DNA from: Lingula anatina
Taxonomy: Eukaryota; Animalia; Brachiopoda
Length of the DNA: 64,000 nt
NCBI GenBank assembly: GCA_051362555.1
Contig: CM120644.1
Coordinates: forward strand, 14,530,534 to 14,594,533
Direction of reading: 5' to 3'
Every line of letters begins with the position of its first letter. Position 1 is the first letter of the stretch. Shown in pieces: positions 13,837-28,566 of the stretch. The position numbers and the translations under genes were made by a program. The notes beneath the pieces were generated by a model, which searched no databases, was not told the DNA's origin, and worked only from the letters and a program-made list of their open reading frames with translations.

Positions 13837-13871
13837 GGTGGAGGGAGGAGGGAGGAGGGTGGGGCATTTTA

Positions 13872-14127
13872 GACTGGGTTCCAATACCTACATCGATCTA
13901 ACAGGATCGATCCATCCCCAAGGGGTTTCACGCTAAATTGCTTTCAGCTTAAGCGGCTTAGATGTCTAACATGCCTACTAAAGCTGCTAAACAATAGTAA
14001 ATTACCTCCTATCAGCTCAGTCGGCGTGAGAGACATCTAAGCCGCTTAAGATGATTGCAATTTAGCGAGAATCCCCTAGGAGATAGATCAATCCAAAGTT
14101 AGTACGATAGGGTCTGGGAATGGTCCC
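13872..14127. mobile_element. Fold-back MITE, PIF/Harbinger-like
   Basis: TTA on both sides; reverse-complement copy of 8556-8811. Confidence 0.88.
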
Positions 14128-15222
14128 TTAGTCTACATTGACCCAAGATAAAACGATAACACATGGTACAAATAGTTTAACTAAATGAAATATCGCACCT
14201 GTTTAATAACAAGAAAGAACAAGGCTAATATTTGAGATTAATACTTACTACACTGAAGTGGATTAAGGCGAATCCATCCTAAACTTAAGCCTAAACGTTA
14301 AGACCAATTTTCTATTCGTTTTTTCGTGGTTTATCCCAGCCCCGGGTTTTATCCCTGGATCACCTTGTGTTGAGTAGCTCCCGGATATTAATGCCCCGTA
14401 TGATGGCATTACCATTCACAGCTCCTCGCTAACTGAAAGTAGTATTTAAATTGACACCAAGTATTCATCACAAGTCTTGGAGGGGATAACGATGAAATGA
14501 ACGATAAAAAGTGCAATTACAAAAATAAAATAAAATGAAATAGGATAAAATAAAATAAAATAAATAATGCAAACTAAAATAAAAACAAAATGAAATAAAA
14601 TGATGATATTTTTACACAGCCAAAAATGCAGAACACAAAGGACACACCCACGAGATACATACATGTAGATCGCTGTTAATACTAGCAGAATATTTCTATG
14701 CAGACTCCATGCATGGCACTGAGGGGGGAGGGGTATAGGGAAAAATACTCTTTTGGTCGGAAAAAAGGTCTGCGCTGATTTAAAATTTGGTCTGATTAAT
14801 TTTTTCTTTGTGAAAAACCAAGAAAGAGTCCCTCAGCCATTACATTTCATTAAACACTTCATCAGATTCAAATCTTTGCGTCATAGATCTTATACTTTGT
14901 TGATGTCTTTTTAAAAGTTTGCCTGATTCCTAAGCATAACGTCGACTATTTCATGGTAATGAAGTCCTACATTATCTATCTCTAGTAAGAAAAAGGGCAA
15001 TGATGATTTGGACTTAGGATTCAATCTTCTATCCTAATTTGGACACGACTAATATCGCGTGTGATATCAATATACCGTGATTGTTTTCAGTCTCATCTAG
15101 ATTAGGTCAACCATAAAGGCCAATGAACCAATCATTTTCCGAACAAACTGATAAGAACAGTACTTGAGTACTCCGAGTTTCTGACGTTGCATTTGCATCA
15201 TTAGGACACGACAAGAGTAACT

Positions 15223-15223
<1 letters not shown>

Positions 15224-15256
<33 letters not shown>

Positions 15257-15264
15257 GGGGGGGG
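15224..15264 (+). repeat. Poly-G tract (about 40 nt)
   Basis: G32-A-G8, read directly. Confidence 0.9.
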
Positions 15265-15847
15265 TTACAAGCCCGGTGTAACCGGTGTATACCTGTAAAA
15301 GATGCTGATTACAATATAGCTACATGTGCATGTAGCAGGGTTCACAGCTTGCGGTCAGATATTCACCCGTTCTCATTTCAAATGACACAAAATAGCACTG
15401 TCAAAAAAAAAAAAAAAAAATAATAATAATAAAATAGAAATAAAAAAGAATCAGAACCAGTTAATAATTTGACTGTTCTAAAAAGTTCAATCGCCCTACT
15501 GTAGGAGGGGGGGGGGGGTAATGGAAATACACTCTTATAACGTCCAATAAGGACAAACAGCTCGTGGTTGTGCATGCCACGAGCTTGTTAAGGTTCTTAA
15601 TTTAGCACGCAATAGCTCAATAACATCCGCAACCGAACGTCTTCCTCTATCAGCGTCAAGACATAGCAGGGAGAATGATATCTTGGCAAGTTCTGTTGTT
15701 TATTGCCGGTGCATTGTACACTGTCCGTACTGTCGAACTCTTCGCTGGTTTTCCTGGGCCTGGATTTCATGAATCATACACAAAACACCAGAGCTGCTTA
15801 CAAGGCAGTACTCAAAATGTGCATATCTAAGTTCTTTCTAGCTTCTT

Positions 15848-15882
<35 letters not shown>

Positions 15883-17819
15883 AAAAAAAAGCAACGACAG
15901 TCTGTCAAAAATAATACTTAGAATAGGCGTAAGTGAGTAGAAATTAACTTCTGCAAAAGAGGTAATTAACACTTTTACATATTGATGCCCTCTAAGATCC
16001 AAAGTTTCAATTTCAATCCATTTGACTACGCTGCCGGCCATTTAAATAAAGTGACTTCGACATGTCAGCAAAATTTGTAATGGAATTATCAAAAACACGG
16101 CACGATCAAGCACACTTGTAAATTCAGAGTTTCTTAATAGTCTTCGTCATGTTGTAACTGAGAGCGTGTTTTACGAACGCCCCTTGCATTAATGAGGCTT
16201 CCTTAACTTAGTAACGTAAGGCCACATTAAGGTGAAACGGAACTGAATATGTTGATGTGACCCCTTGCTTGTGTCAAGCTCCTGTAATCAACTGTATATA
16301 CATTTAAAACCGCGCTGATTGGCACAGTGACACAGATAAAATTCGGTTTCATAAAAAGCCTACCTGTTTGTGTGAGATAATACTCTGTCAACCGAGCAAT
16401 ACAAAACAATAATACACCTTACTACGACGCGTTCAAGACATAGCGCAAGAGAGGAGCAGTGTATTATCAGACATACATATCGCAAAAGAACTCGCATTTC
16501 GCCCAAAAATTCCTAAAACTGAATAAAGCGTATTTCGCCACGGTCGCATAACATTTTTGAATAGGTATCTGTACGCACATATCATGATTCACGCCACAAA
16601 TCTCTCTAATTCAACTGGCCCCTACCATCTGATAATACTGCCGTACGAAGTGGCCTTGGTAAAAATTACCGTATGATTTTGCGTCAATAAGGATGAAATC
16701 AAAATATCTCTCACCATTCACAACTCAGGTATACATGTAGGCCTACCAGTGCCGTCCATTGTACCAGACTTCAAATCGTTGATCTCGATGTAAATATGTA
16801 GGCCCTACGCGCTAGTAAAACGACGGAAGCTCCTCTAGTTATCATAGGCTTACAACACGCATTGTAAACTGATCTTCCCCAAATGCGTTCTATTTTTAGG
16901 GAGGGTATTGTGTGTTAGTGAATATACTTTTTATTGTGAAAGTCGTCGAGAAATGAGAAGTGTCTTCTTCCGACTGAACATGAGTCGTCAAGTACTCGCT
17001 TATAAGGGTCAAAGGTCACCAAAGGATGGTTTCAACGAATAAAGATGTATTCAGACAGTACCATTTTCAAACTTTACCTACAAGCAATGAATAATACATA
17101 GTTCGTGTATAAATATCTGTTTGTATTTCAACTTAAATTCGATTTGTGATGATAGTAAATATTACAACATAATAACTCAGGCACGCAATCATACAAGTGC
17201 AGGCACCCAGTGAACGCACTTTCACCGACGCGCTCAAGTTCACAGCTTTTAAAACCAGAACCACTATCGGGCCTGAAAGTTCATTAAAACTATATTAATT
17301 AAATAAGTTACATAACAATAATAATGGTAACTGCATTTACTAAACAAAGAACATCAACACGTATGTGTATGAATTGCAACACTTAAGATTCAGATAGCAA
17401 TATTACTAAGCGCAGCTGTTCAAAAGCGTAAAACGCACAGGTTCGTAGGTAGGGGAAGGGGTTTTTAAAGAAGCTTCCTTAAGATCGAAATAAGGTCCGC
17501 TCTCGATCAAATTTTTGATCTAGGGTAAGCTATATTGGTCACGAAAATTCGATTTTCAAAAAATGTGTGAAAAATAAATAAAAGCAAAAAATAAGATAAA
17601 ATAAAAAGGGAATCCCTCTGTCCCTTTTCGAAATTTCTAGGTGAGAGCCTGCGGCACATAACAAGGACAAGTGTACTGACAGAGTTATTTGTTGTAAACT
17701 GGGGCGCTGTAATCACGTTAAAGAAAAAGAACATCTATTGGCGTTTTGCACAAACCTTTTTGACACACACCCAACTTGTTAACACAATAGACGGTAATCA
17801 AGGTTACGTGTGTCACTGG

Positions 17820-18075
17820 TAAAGGGGTGGATATAGACAGGTATAAAGTAGCGATTGGCACTTGTTTTATTGTGTGTAAACTGTGAGATGTTAAATGATG
17901 TTGGGTCCAATTAGATGACTTGTTTTTTTTTTTACTTCTTTAAGGGGTGGATATACTGAGGTACAAAGTACCGATTGGCACTTGTATAATTGTAGGTAAC
18001 CTGTGAGATGTTTTCATTAAAAAAACAAGGAAAGTGATGTTGGACCCAATGAGGTGACTTGATTTTTTTACTTCC
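17820..18075. repeat. Two-copy tandem duplication of about 120-135 bp
   Basis: AAGGGGTGGATAT...GGTAYAAAGTASCGATTGGCACTTGT...CTGTGAGATGTT...TGATGTTGG occurs at about 17822 and 17942. Confidence 0.85.
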
Positions 18076-18319
18076 TTGATTAATAAGATAAAATTATGCA
18101 CGAAGTTAAACCGCATGACACAATTCACCGTTAAGTTAGAATGCAATAAATAATAGGCAAGGGTTCAGGTAGATCGCCTTATCCGTTACTCTCTAGGTGT
18201 TGGCATGTTAAAATCCATTGCTGTTATTTTAAGGGAAAGAAAGAAAGCACCCAATCTCCATTTATACGAATTTAACGATGAAGTGACCTCAGAAACGCCA
18301 TCCTCTGTCTATCTGTTAT

Positions 18320-18355
<36 letters not shown>

Positions 18356-19594
18356 CTTGTCAATCTATCCTCATGTATCTACATGTAGGCTATGTACCTT
18401 TGCTATACTTGGATAAGCCTCACTGAATGTCATTAAAGCATATTCTTTTTTAATATTGACATTCATCAGACTAAATTATTTTCATAATATAATATCAGTG
18501 TTCACAATGAGTGCAGAAGAATTAAATTAGATCACATGAATTTGGAAGATGGTAAAGAAAAACATTAATTACTAGTATTTCCACTCGGTTGTACCCAACA
18601 AACTTATCCAAAATCACAATGTGTCCTTTCTTTATTAAAGATAGTTTAATATTTATATAATAGCCTATACGTCACAAAATATATATATTTCTTAATTGAA
18701 TCTGACACAGCCCCACCCCCACTCCCTGTAGCGTAACGTAATTAGGCCCTTTTAATATCTGAACATTGGCTGATGCGAACCATTGCGTAACTAAAACAGA
18801 AGTTCTGGGGAAAAAAACGAGTTCTGCGAAGTGAGGTGCGCTCTTCACCCACCATCCATCCACAGTCCATCTTTTGTGTGGTCAACGGACGAGAAAATAT
18901 ACTTCCACCCAGGCACGTTATTTAAGACGTAGTCAACAGTTATAACGACACATCGGTCATGTTAAACAATACAAAGCAATGCGACATACAATGTCATTTT
19001 TTTTCTCTTTTCTTTCTTTATTTGACGTGATAAGTTACAATCCCAGGAGTCAAACGTACTTACTGACAGCATTACCATCCATGGTGCCCATGCCATATCA
19101 TATCTATTTGTATTCTTTGGGGACAATTAAGGGGAGAGATTGAAAGAAATTGACACAATTCTTGAAAGATACTTCAGTTAACACGAAACCAACAATGGAA
19201 AATAAAATAAAAGGAAGTCACCTACCACTCAACCGCTCACTTTTGGGACAGAAATCCTTCTCAAGCAGAATACGTTTTGACACCGCAACACCGAATTTTC
19301 TTTGCGACGCCATGTAAACAAGTTGCAATCCGTCTTTACTAGGGGAGTTGTAGAATGCGGACACGGATTTGTTGTATATTTCAAACCCCATTTCCTTTAA
19401 CAAGGTATGGGTTGTTATTCAAATCGGTGTGTTTGCCCTTAATGCTGAACCTGGTTTTTCACAACAGTGAGGGAAGTTTTTCCGGCAGTTACACGAGATA
19501 AAACATCTCATTAGCATTTGCAGACAGGATGAATGGTTTGACAGAGCTAAAAATAGACGAGTATACCAGTTTATTCGAACAAATAAGCAAATAA

Positions 19595-19629
<35 letters not shown>

Positions 19630-20241
19630 ATGCAAAGATGGTGAAACAAATGAATAAACAAGACAGCTAATTTCACGTTAAATATTTGCCAAAATAATTT
19701 TAAAAATTGTCAAAGTATGTAATTTTACAGGGAAACAATGGCAAATACCAATGGACTCTTTAAAATTGACTAAATTTAATGTGGTGTGCGAGTGGACGTC
19801 TTGACCCTGTCACGAAAAAAAAAATGAAATTTTAGAACTACCGCGTTCCAAAAATGTTATACTTGTAACAGTGAGGTGAAAGAAAACAGATCGCAAACAT
19901 ATGATTTTTATTTAATAGTAAACATGTTAAAATAGAGCCCTCGCAGCTGCCATATCCCTGGCATTTCAACTCCTGTCAAGTTATGGCAGATTTATTTTTC
20001 AACTTGAACGTTGTGCGACCTGTTCTCATAGGCCGTATGCAGATCCGTTTTAGCCAAAACAGTTTTGAGGCTAGATCCCGGAAGTGGAGGGTGATACCAT
20101 GACAGCCTTTTATAATATAATGGAACAGCTGAATTGAGAAATCGTCATAATTGGGTCCAGAATGTCTATGAAGGGCGTAGTTTGAGCTTTAACCCATTGT
20201 ATCTTCAAGGCTGGAGTTTGCTGGGAGTTGTGTTTGCGTGT

Positions 20242-20282
<41 letters not shown>

Positions 20283-20455
20283 GGCGCATTCAAAACCGGT
20301 TGATCAGCAGACTAACTAGTACAAAGACCAATGTGGCGCCACTCACTTGAAAGCGTGCCTAGATTTAATTTTTCTGCCGCGCGAAGGAGGCAGGAATCCA
20401 TTGTCAAGTGCTACACTGTATAGTGCCATATATGACCAACTTGTTCCGAATGTAC

Positions 20456-20509
<54 letters not shown>

Positions 20510-22048
20510 CAACCGAACGAATGAAAAATCAGAGACAGACATGGCAGGCAGTGCAAAGATCGACTTCAGATATTCGTTCAATTTCATTTTCAGAATCCAT
20601 GAATTCAAAATTGTAGTTGTGATATAGTCTATATAGGTTAATAAAAAAAGGTGAAGTACAAAACACAGAGCGATCACTAAGAAAAAATAAATCTAAGCGC
20701 AGCATATCTTCACACACAGAAGAAAAGTCATACCTGACATCTAAATAGCATAATTTCGTTTTCTCTTCTTCCTGGTTCGTTTTTTCTTTTTCTTTACACG
20801 CCTTATGGATTTGGCTTTGTGTTACAAAAAATCGTTAATTAGAATTTGTGTTAGAAACCATTATACTACAAAACTTAAAACATATGTCCAATAATACATA
20901 AAATGCAGTAATAGGCAAGCAGTTTAGAACAAGTACATACACACCAGAGCGACTTAGAACAGTAAATTGCAGAAAAAAGTCCATCAGTCGTGAAAAAAAT
21001 TGCTCCTCTCATTTCATTCACACTTAACTCAAAGTGAAGAAAAAAAAACATTTTCTTTTATAGTATTACGTGTTTCGCTATAAATCAGCTATTTGTTTTT
21101 GTAACTAGTATTTTGGTTGGCTTGCTTCCAAAAACAAAACTTCACTGAAGAAAACACACTCGACCAAAAATGGTTCGGAAAAGTGAAATTATTTTCAAAT
21201 AATTAAAAAAATCTATGCAATGCAGTGGGAACATCTTCAGTGTAAATAAAAAAGGAACGAATGAAGGGTGCATAATTTATCCATTTTTGGTTAAAATATT
21301 TACCTTCGATAATACGGTGATTCTATAATTATTCAAAATAATGCTGTTTCTTAACTTTTTGATCACGTGTATAATGCCTCAGTTTTGTAAGCACACTGAC
21401 CATTTTGGCAGTTAAGGGAACTACAAGTTTTTTCCCTTATAAAGCGAAGTTTAAAGTAGTCCTCTAATCCATTTATTAAAGCCATATACACAGGTCTGTC
21501 ATTGTGTTGTGCATGCTCACTACCAAATGCAATAATGCCATGATCACAAAATATTTTCTTTTATTTTAGTCACACTTCACCATATGTCCAACCAATCAAA
21601 AAAAAAAAAAAAAAAAAAAAAAAACCCTGACCACTTAAACTGCTTGAAACATTTATTTTTTAAATTCATTCAGTAAATGCAGAAATTCACCATGTAAGGT
21701 AATGCACTGGGAATAAGGCATTAAAGATTATCAGCTCTCTTTCAAACTTGATTACACTGGACTTCAAAAATCTGTGGATTTCTGCGCCAGTAGCATTTTC
21801 TTTATCAGTAAGGAGCAGTCTAAATAAAACAATAGGGACAACGTGTGCACATATGGGCAATCATCATTGTTCATGTGCCTCACGTTTTCTATCACTTAAC
21901 TATCAATCAAATAAAGTATTATTACTAAATAACAGTTTAATTAACCAATCAATAACACATAATGTGAATTAAAATATATCATTAATGTACTATAAATGAA
22001 AGAAAAAACAATAAAATAATGTATGCTTTAAATTAATTGTGACTTCAT

Positions 22049-24065
22049 TTAATCCTGAGAAAGAATGCTGCTGTCATCTTGAGAGCTAAATTGTGGCAAA
22101 TTGTGTAGTATGCACCATATTCTCTTGTTGTGCAGGCAAACTTCTCTGAGATTTAGTCCTTTACTTGCATTGTTATGTGATGCATTTTGACTTTCTTCGA
22201 ATTGGTTCAGTATGTCTTCAATTTCATCTTTGTTGGTATTGCACGGGGCCTTTCTTGCCATTCTCACAGCTTCCCCCTAGTGGTAAAATTAAGTGGTGTA
22301 CATGTATTTGTTCATGATAGCTGCAGCAGTATTTCATCTCAAAAATAATTTTCCACATTGAATAATATTTTCTTGACATTTCTCTAAATTGCCTCTAAAC
22401 AGTGGCTCAGCAAAATTATGGTAATGACAAAACTTTTTCAATGGGGGAAAATTATCATCCTTTCAAATACATAATTTTACAACAACTGAAAATATATTTC
22501 CACTTAGCATTTATGATGCTTTTACTGTATGGAATAGAACTATTAGGTAGCCTGCTTTTTAAATGTGTTACCAACACTCAATTTTTAAGAATTTAAAATG
22601 ATTTAAAAAATACAGAATCTGTAAAATTCACAATTTCCCCCCATTGAAAAGATTGAGTTATTCCCAAAATAATAACAATAATTCATACCTGTAAAAAGTG
22701 CCTCACTTTCTGTGGCCTGCACTGATCTAGTGAATGTCCACCATGGTGATTTGGAGAATGATATCCATTGTCCAACAGTCCGCTGACCATGTGTAGTATC
22801 TCTGTCAAGTCCTGAACACCATAGAATGGTAGACATGTTGCCATTTTGTAAATGTGGACTTTCTTCGAGCCATCGTCATCTTCTGTGGTGATAAAATAAA
22901 TTAGAGGATCAGAGAGGCAATAATGCCTACTGGGCAAGTACCACCAGCTGGGCTAGGTACAGAAAATGGGTAATAACACACATGGTCTTCTTATAGTCTT
23001 CATGCTCTAATTCTAATTAACCATGACTTAAAAATGCAGTATCTGTAAAATTCAAATTTTCCCCTTTAGAAAAGATTGAATTTACTGAGATTACCATATT
23101 CAAATTTTGGTAAAATGACTGGCCGAGGACTAGCAGTCATATCTTATATGATTGCAACACTCACCATACATTCGGATATCAAAACCATTGGCTGTCAACA
23201 GTCTGTCTGTAAGGTATACATGTGGATCTGGGGGCTTGAGGGTCTGCTGCATGGAGAGTAACACATCCCATAATGCTCTGCTTGGAAACATGCTGATAGA
23301 AAGGATATGTATTTAGTGAAAAAAATGTGAGAACAAAACAGCAAATTAATTCTGATGCAATGAACTATATTCCATACACATCATGATTGTAAAAGAAAAG
23401 CTGACTGAAGTCATCGCTTGATTCAGAAACTTTCAATTGCTAACATTTACATTGTGTTTATAAATAATTGGTGGTGGGCTGAGGAGCGGAAAGGGATCGA
23501 GTACTTGAAAAAATGTAGGGAACTTCAAGAAAGTGGAGAAAAATCTGCATGACTTACTTTTCTGTTATTTCTATAGGCTGTTCCAAAGATTCCATTTCAA
23601 AGTTAAAAGTTGCAAGAAGTCTCTGAAACAAAATCACTTCCTGTGCTCTATAATGGTTAAATATTGCAATACTGTTCCCATGACGACACATCCACACACC
23701 ATGTGACTTGAGTGGACCAATCACATAGGGTGTTTCAAATGTTGCATCTGGCTGTGACACCACATTATGGTAGCTGTGAAATCTTTTCCTCAGTGTCTGG
23801 ATGGTGACATTCACCATGACAACTTTTCTCTGGGGAAAATTATCATTTTTCTCCTAGAAAAAAAGGAGCATTATTAGAATTGTGAAACTTAAAGCTTTCT
23901 TTACCTTGCCTCGTCACTCTTTCAAACTCCAATTAAAGTTACGAGCATTGAGGTTTCTGTTCTGTTTCTCATTTTGCATAGAGGAGTTATGAACTAAAAG
24001 TAGAACCAACAAAAAGTTTGAAACCAGAGGTTTAAACCCTGAGAAGTGACCCACATGCACACACA

Positions 24066-24103
<38 letters not shown>

Positions 24104-27100
24104 CGTACATTTGCCTCCTTGGTCTTCCTCTTCTTAGTTTTGGGCTGTTCTCCTTCCAGTCTCTGCATTTTGATTGGCTGGCTATCGATGAGGTCATACA
24201 GCGTCTGCTGTCCTGTCTGAAAAAATATGGAAATAAATGGCAAATTAGTTAAGGATGGAAAAACAAATTAACTAAGTTTGCAAAAGCTTCTAACACATAC
24301 AAGGACACTATGCTGAATTAATAAACACACTCATTAATTAATTAATCAATTAAAAAGTTGTCTTGGTATGATGTTTTATAGCAGTTTGCATATTATAGCA
24401 ATTCTATGTTTTTTTTCAAATCAGTACTAAGTGCAAACATTTGTGGAATATATGAATGAAGAGCAAAGTTTCCAACTGTTTAAAATGTTGATGAAAAGTA
24501 GAAGGTGTTGATATTTCAGAGTTTGCTGAACAATATCTTTAATGATTTACCAACATGCTTGTGAAAGAAAGGTTTATTTCCCATACACTCTGGATATCAA
24601 ATATGAAATAGACAAAAGAAAGAAGAAAAAGAAAAAGGCTGAGTAGCTGAAAGATAAAAGGTATATCTCACCAAAAGTTTAGAGCCATTAGTGGAACTTG
24701 CTCTCCTGACCGACTGACTGGACGATACAGGACTGCCACCAAGTCTGGACATGTTCAGAGATTTCTTTGAAGCGGAGAGAGTTGGTGCTTGTAGTAAAGT
24801 AACAGGCTGAAAGTTACAAATTTCTGAAATTATACAACAAACATCTATCTATGGTTGTGTTTCCAATGAAACTATTGTACTAGGTAGATCAATCCTACTA
24901 CACAGGGACTCTTGCTGAATGCAATCAGATTAACCAAATGACTTGCCTCCTCAAGCACCCAGGTGGTCATTATCTTTCATGTGTGCTTAGCTTCTGGATC
25001 CTTTTTTAAATTTCTTTTTAGCGTGACTGAATTAACACAAAAGTTAATTACCCCCTAACCTGCTTGAAGAGGTGTGTCATTCAGTTAATCTTTTTGCATT
25101 CAGCAAGAGTTCTCACTGCAAATTTGCAGCAACTGTAATTCTTCTTGCGACAACCTGCAAGAAGTTTCTTGAAATTAAGTTTGCAACAAATTTGGTGCAA
25201 ACTTAAAATTTTGCCTCGAAAGTTTATAGATTAGACTCACCTGTAGAATACCACCTTCAAGTCCTCTGCCTTTACTCCAATCTTCCATATTTATCAAGCT
25301 CTGTCCACTACTGTGGTCAACATCACTGGACTCGGGGCATTTCTTACTTGAAAAATTCTTGACTTTGTCCTGTCTGTTTTCTGAGTCTGACTCCCAGTTG
25401 ACCTTTGACCTTTTAGCTGATCCCAACGTGGGAGATGATGTTTTAAAGTCAAATGCTTTTTCTGAAACCTGAGGCTCAGGGGCATCAGAATTTTTGCTGT
25501 TTTTTAAAAGATAATCAAAGAAGCTGTCATCATTCCAGTCATCTTCTGATCCTGAATCAGATTGTTTACTGGTGTTTTCCTCTGCTGAAAGTGGGTTCAG
25601 TGAAGTGGTATTTGAAACAATATTATCTGCTCTTCCATTGGCTGATTCCTCACTGAAGCCATTATTCTGACTGGTAGATTTGGCTATATCATCTTCAGAC
25701 ACAGATGATTCTAGACCAATGTTATCTTTTCTAATACTGAAGGAATCCCTTAAAATAGTACTTGTCTGATTGGTCGATGTATCTGACATTTCTTCTAAGT
25801 CATTCTGATTGGTTGCCATCTGTGTCTGTGGAATCAAATCAGAAAATTCTTCTCCAATAAGATTAAAATTTGGCTTTTGATTTGAGAGAATATCCTCGGA
25901 TTCACAGTTGTTAGAAAACTCTGGCTGAGTGCTTAGATTTACTGCAGGGTCAACTGATGACTTCTCTTTTTCCTTCCCTAAAACATCTGCACCACTGATG
26001 AATTCAATTTGAAAATGCTCCTCATTATGTAACATAGTTCTACTTTTACTTTTTGAAAAACAATTTCCATTTTCATGGTCAGTTGTACAGTTGTCTTCTT
26101 TCTGACCATTATTCAGAGTAAAATTATCTTTTTCAGTTGAAATTGTAAACTCAGGGTCCGTTTCTTTATTACTTTCTGTATCCACCATTTTATTACCAGT
26201 TCCCTGTGCTTTAGAACCTGCCCCCTGTGATGCTTCTTTACTACTCAATGGACCATATGTCTGTTCTAATAGTTTCTTCAACAATTCACAAACATCGTCC
26301 TAAAAACACAGATATTTCAAAGAACTAACTTAAGATGAAAATCATTCAAATGAATGCTGCTTGAAGAAGAATCTGCCTTATCATAAATATAAGGAGAATA
26401 AAACATCAAAATAAACAAACTGATGTTTTCAGGAATTCATTCGAATAATCTTTGGGGAATTCAACAAAAGATAGTTGTTAAGTTGTTTATGGTGTTCTGA
26501 GAATAAGTGAAGAAATGTGACACATTTTGCATGTATGTTGTTTAATTTCATTTTTTGTCATTTTGATATTATGTTTTTCTATTTGTTCTTGTGCCAATTC
26601 GATATTATATATTTCTACACATGTGTTCTGCTCACTGTACAATATTGCATACATACAGTCATAAAAAAATTCTACTACTATAATGTATGACCTACCTTCT
26701 GATGCAGCAGGACCTTGGTTTTGTTAGGATCCACATTGACATCCAGTTTACTTGGTGGTACAGTGAGACTGAGGAAAACAATGGGGCACCTGCTTCCATC
26801 ACACCCACTGCCTGCTGTGTAGTACTTCCTGACCAGCTGAAATATATATGAAAAATTAAGAATAATATTGTTTAAGCACATGTAAAAGTGTTCTATTCAA
26901 TGCTGATGAGCTGATAATAAGACAAGAAATCTAATTCACAGTGTTTTCAACACATTGTTTACAAACAATTAATTAAATTAGTTTTCTTGTCTCATGGAAA
27001 ATACTCTATTTTTTCTGACAGAAACTTAAACCAGTGATCTGAGACAACCATGTACAGCAAGGGGTTTGAAGGCAAATGTGTAAAAATTTAATTTGCAGTC

Positions 27101-28500
27101 TGAACAGAAGAGTGAAAATTTGAATGGCTGCCTTAGATTAGTTCCACATTATCTATGCACTTGATCACTGAACTTGTAAATTTTGACCAATAAAAATAGT
27201 TTTCAGAGGCCTAGTAGATTGAATGCCTATTTTCTAAAAATTGAAAGACACAAATTAATATTTTTATACTTACGGCTGTTCTTCTGGGTAAAGATATTTC
27301 TGACAAGAGTGTGGACTCTAAATTAAATTGTTGCAACACCATTTAAACTACCAGTGCCTGCATCTTTTCAATTATTTCATCCACCAATGCCTTTTCTCTC
27401 AGCATTGTTTATGCTTACAGTCAGTGCATGTACTTTTTTTATTTATCTGATCTAAAAAGAACTTACTTTTTCTACATCTTTCAATACCACAGGTCTTTTA
27501 TTGACATAAAGGAAGAAACGGTCACTAGTGGCTCTACTGGTGACCTGAGTGCTGGAATCTGATTTAGGAAGATACGCTTCAATGCCCATCTGCAAGACAA
27601 CATACAAAATAATTACGGCACTAGCTAAATATAATGTAACAGCTGAAACAGAAAGAGACAAACAAGGCAGCAAAGCTGTCAAATGTACAGACAAAAAACA
27701 GAAAATAAAGATGCAAAAAAGGTCATTTTGTCAATTTTGATGCAATAATAAATAATGCTTATAATAGCACTCTCAGTCAACACTGAATTTTAATCTTGCA
27801 CAACAGGTAACATGGTCAATAACAGGAGCAGACCCAGAGATATTTTCTGACAGTATTACAAAGTATCTATGTTGATCCATCCTCCATTTTGATGGTCTTC
27901 CAACAGAAAAAATAGATACCAGTCAATATAAACTTAATAACCTGACTGCCTTCCGGAAGACCCAGAAGATGGTCTCAATCCACCCCTTCAATAAGATTAC
28001 AGTTTCAGGACCATGAGAGTTCAAATTCACATTATGAAAGTCTCAATATTTGAAAAATGATGACAGTGCATAAAATAATATTACATAATGTTTAAAGACA
28101 TAAAAAACAATACAACTGCTTTTGTAGAAATACAGAAAATATGCAGAGCCCCAGGCAGAAGAGAGTTAAAAGTCACAAATGCAAGTGTTTGAGAAAAAAT
28201 TATAAAGGAAAACAACAAAACTAGAAAAGCACTTTGAGAGTGCAGACCTCTGCCAAGGCAGCAATTGTTGATTATTATTGATAATTGATTGATTATTGAT
28301 CCGGACCACCACTTAAAATTAATCATTGTCCTCTTTGGCCCACTTCCGACAGTTCCTGAAAATTTCTGCAAAATCGGTCCATAACTTTTTGTGTTATGTG
28401 GATGACAGACAAACAGGGGTGAAAATATAACCCCCTTGGCAGAGCTTGAGGTAAATATAATTCCAATGAAGATGCTATTCAAACTTTTAATCTTCCAGTT

Positions 28501-28566
<66 letters not shown>

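Noticed and set aside
11290-21972. Many 60-107 aa ORFs in the intergenic interval
   Set aside because: They are low-complexity or microsatellite-derived, mostly have alternative starts, and show no domain signal or phase-consistent exon chain.
23905-23993. AG...GT-bounded segment as an extra PMS1 (HMG) exon
   Set aside because: It is 89 nt (frameshifting), has a stop in the required frame and shows no HMG similarity.
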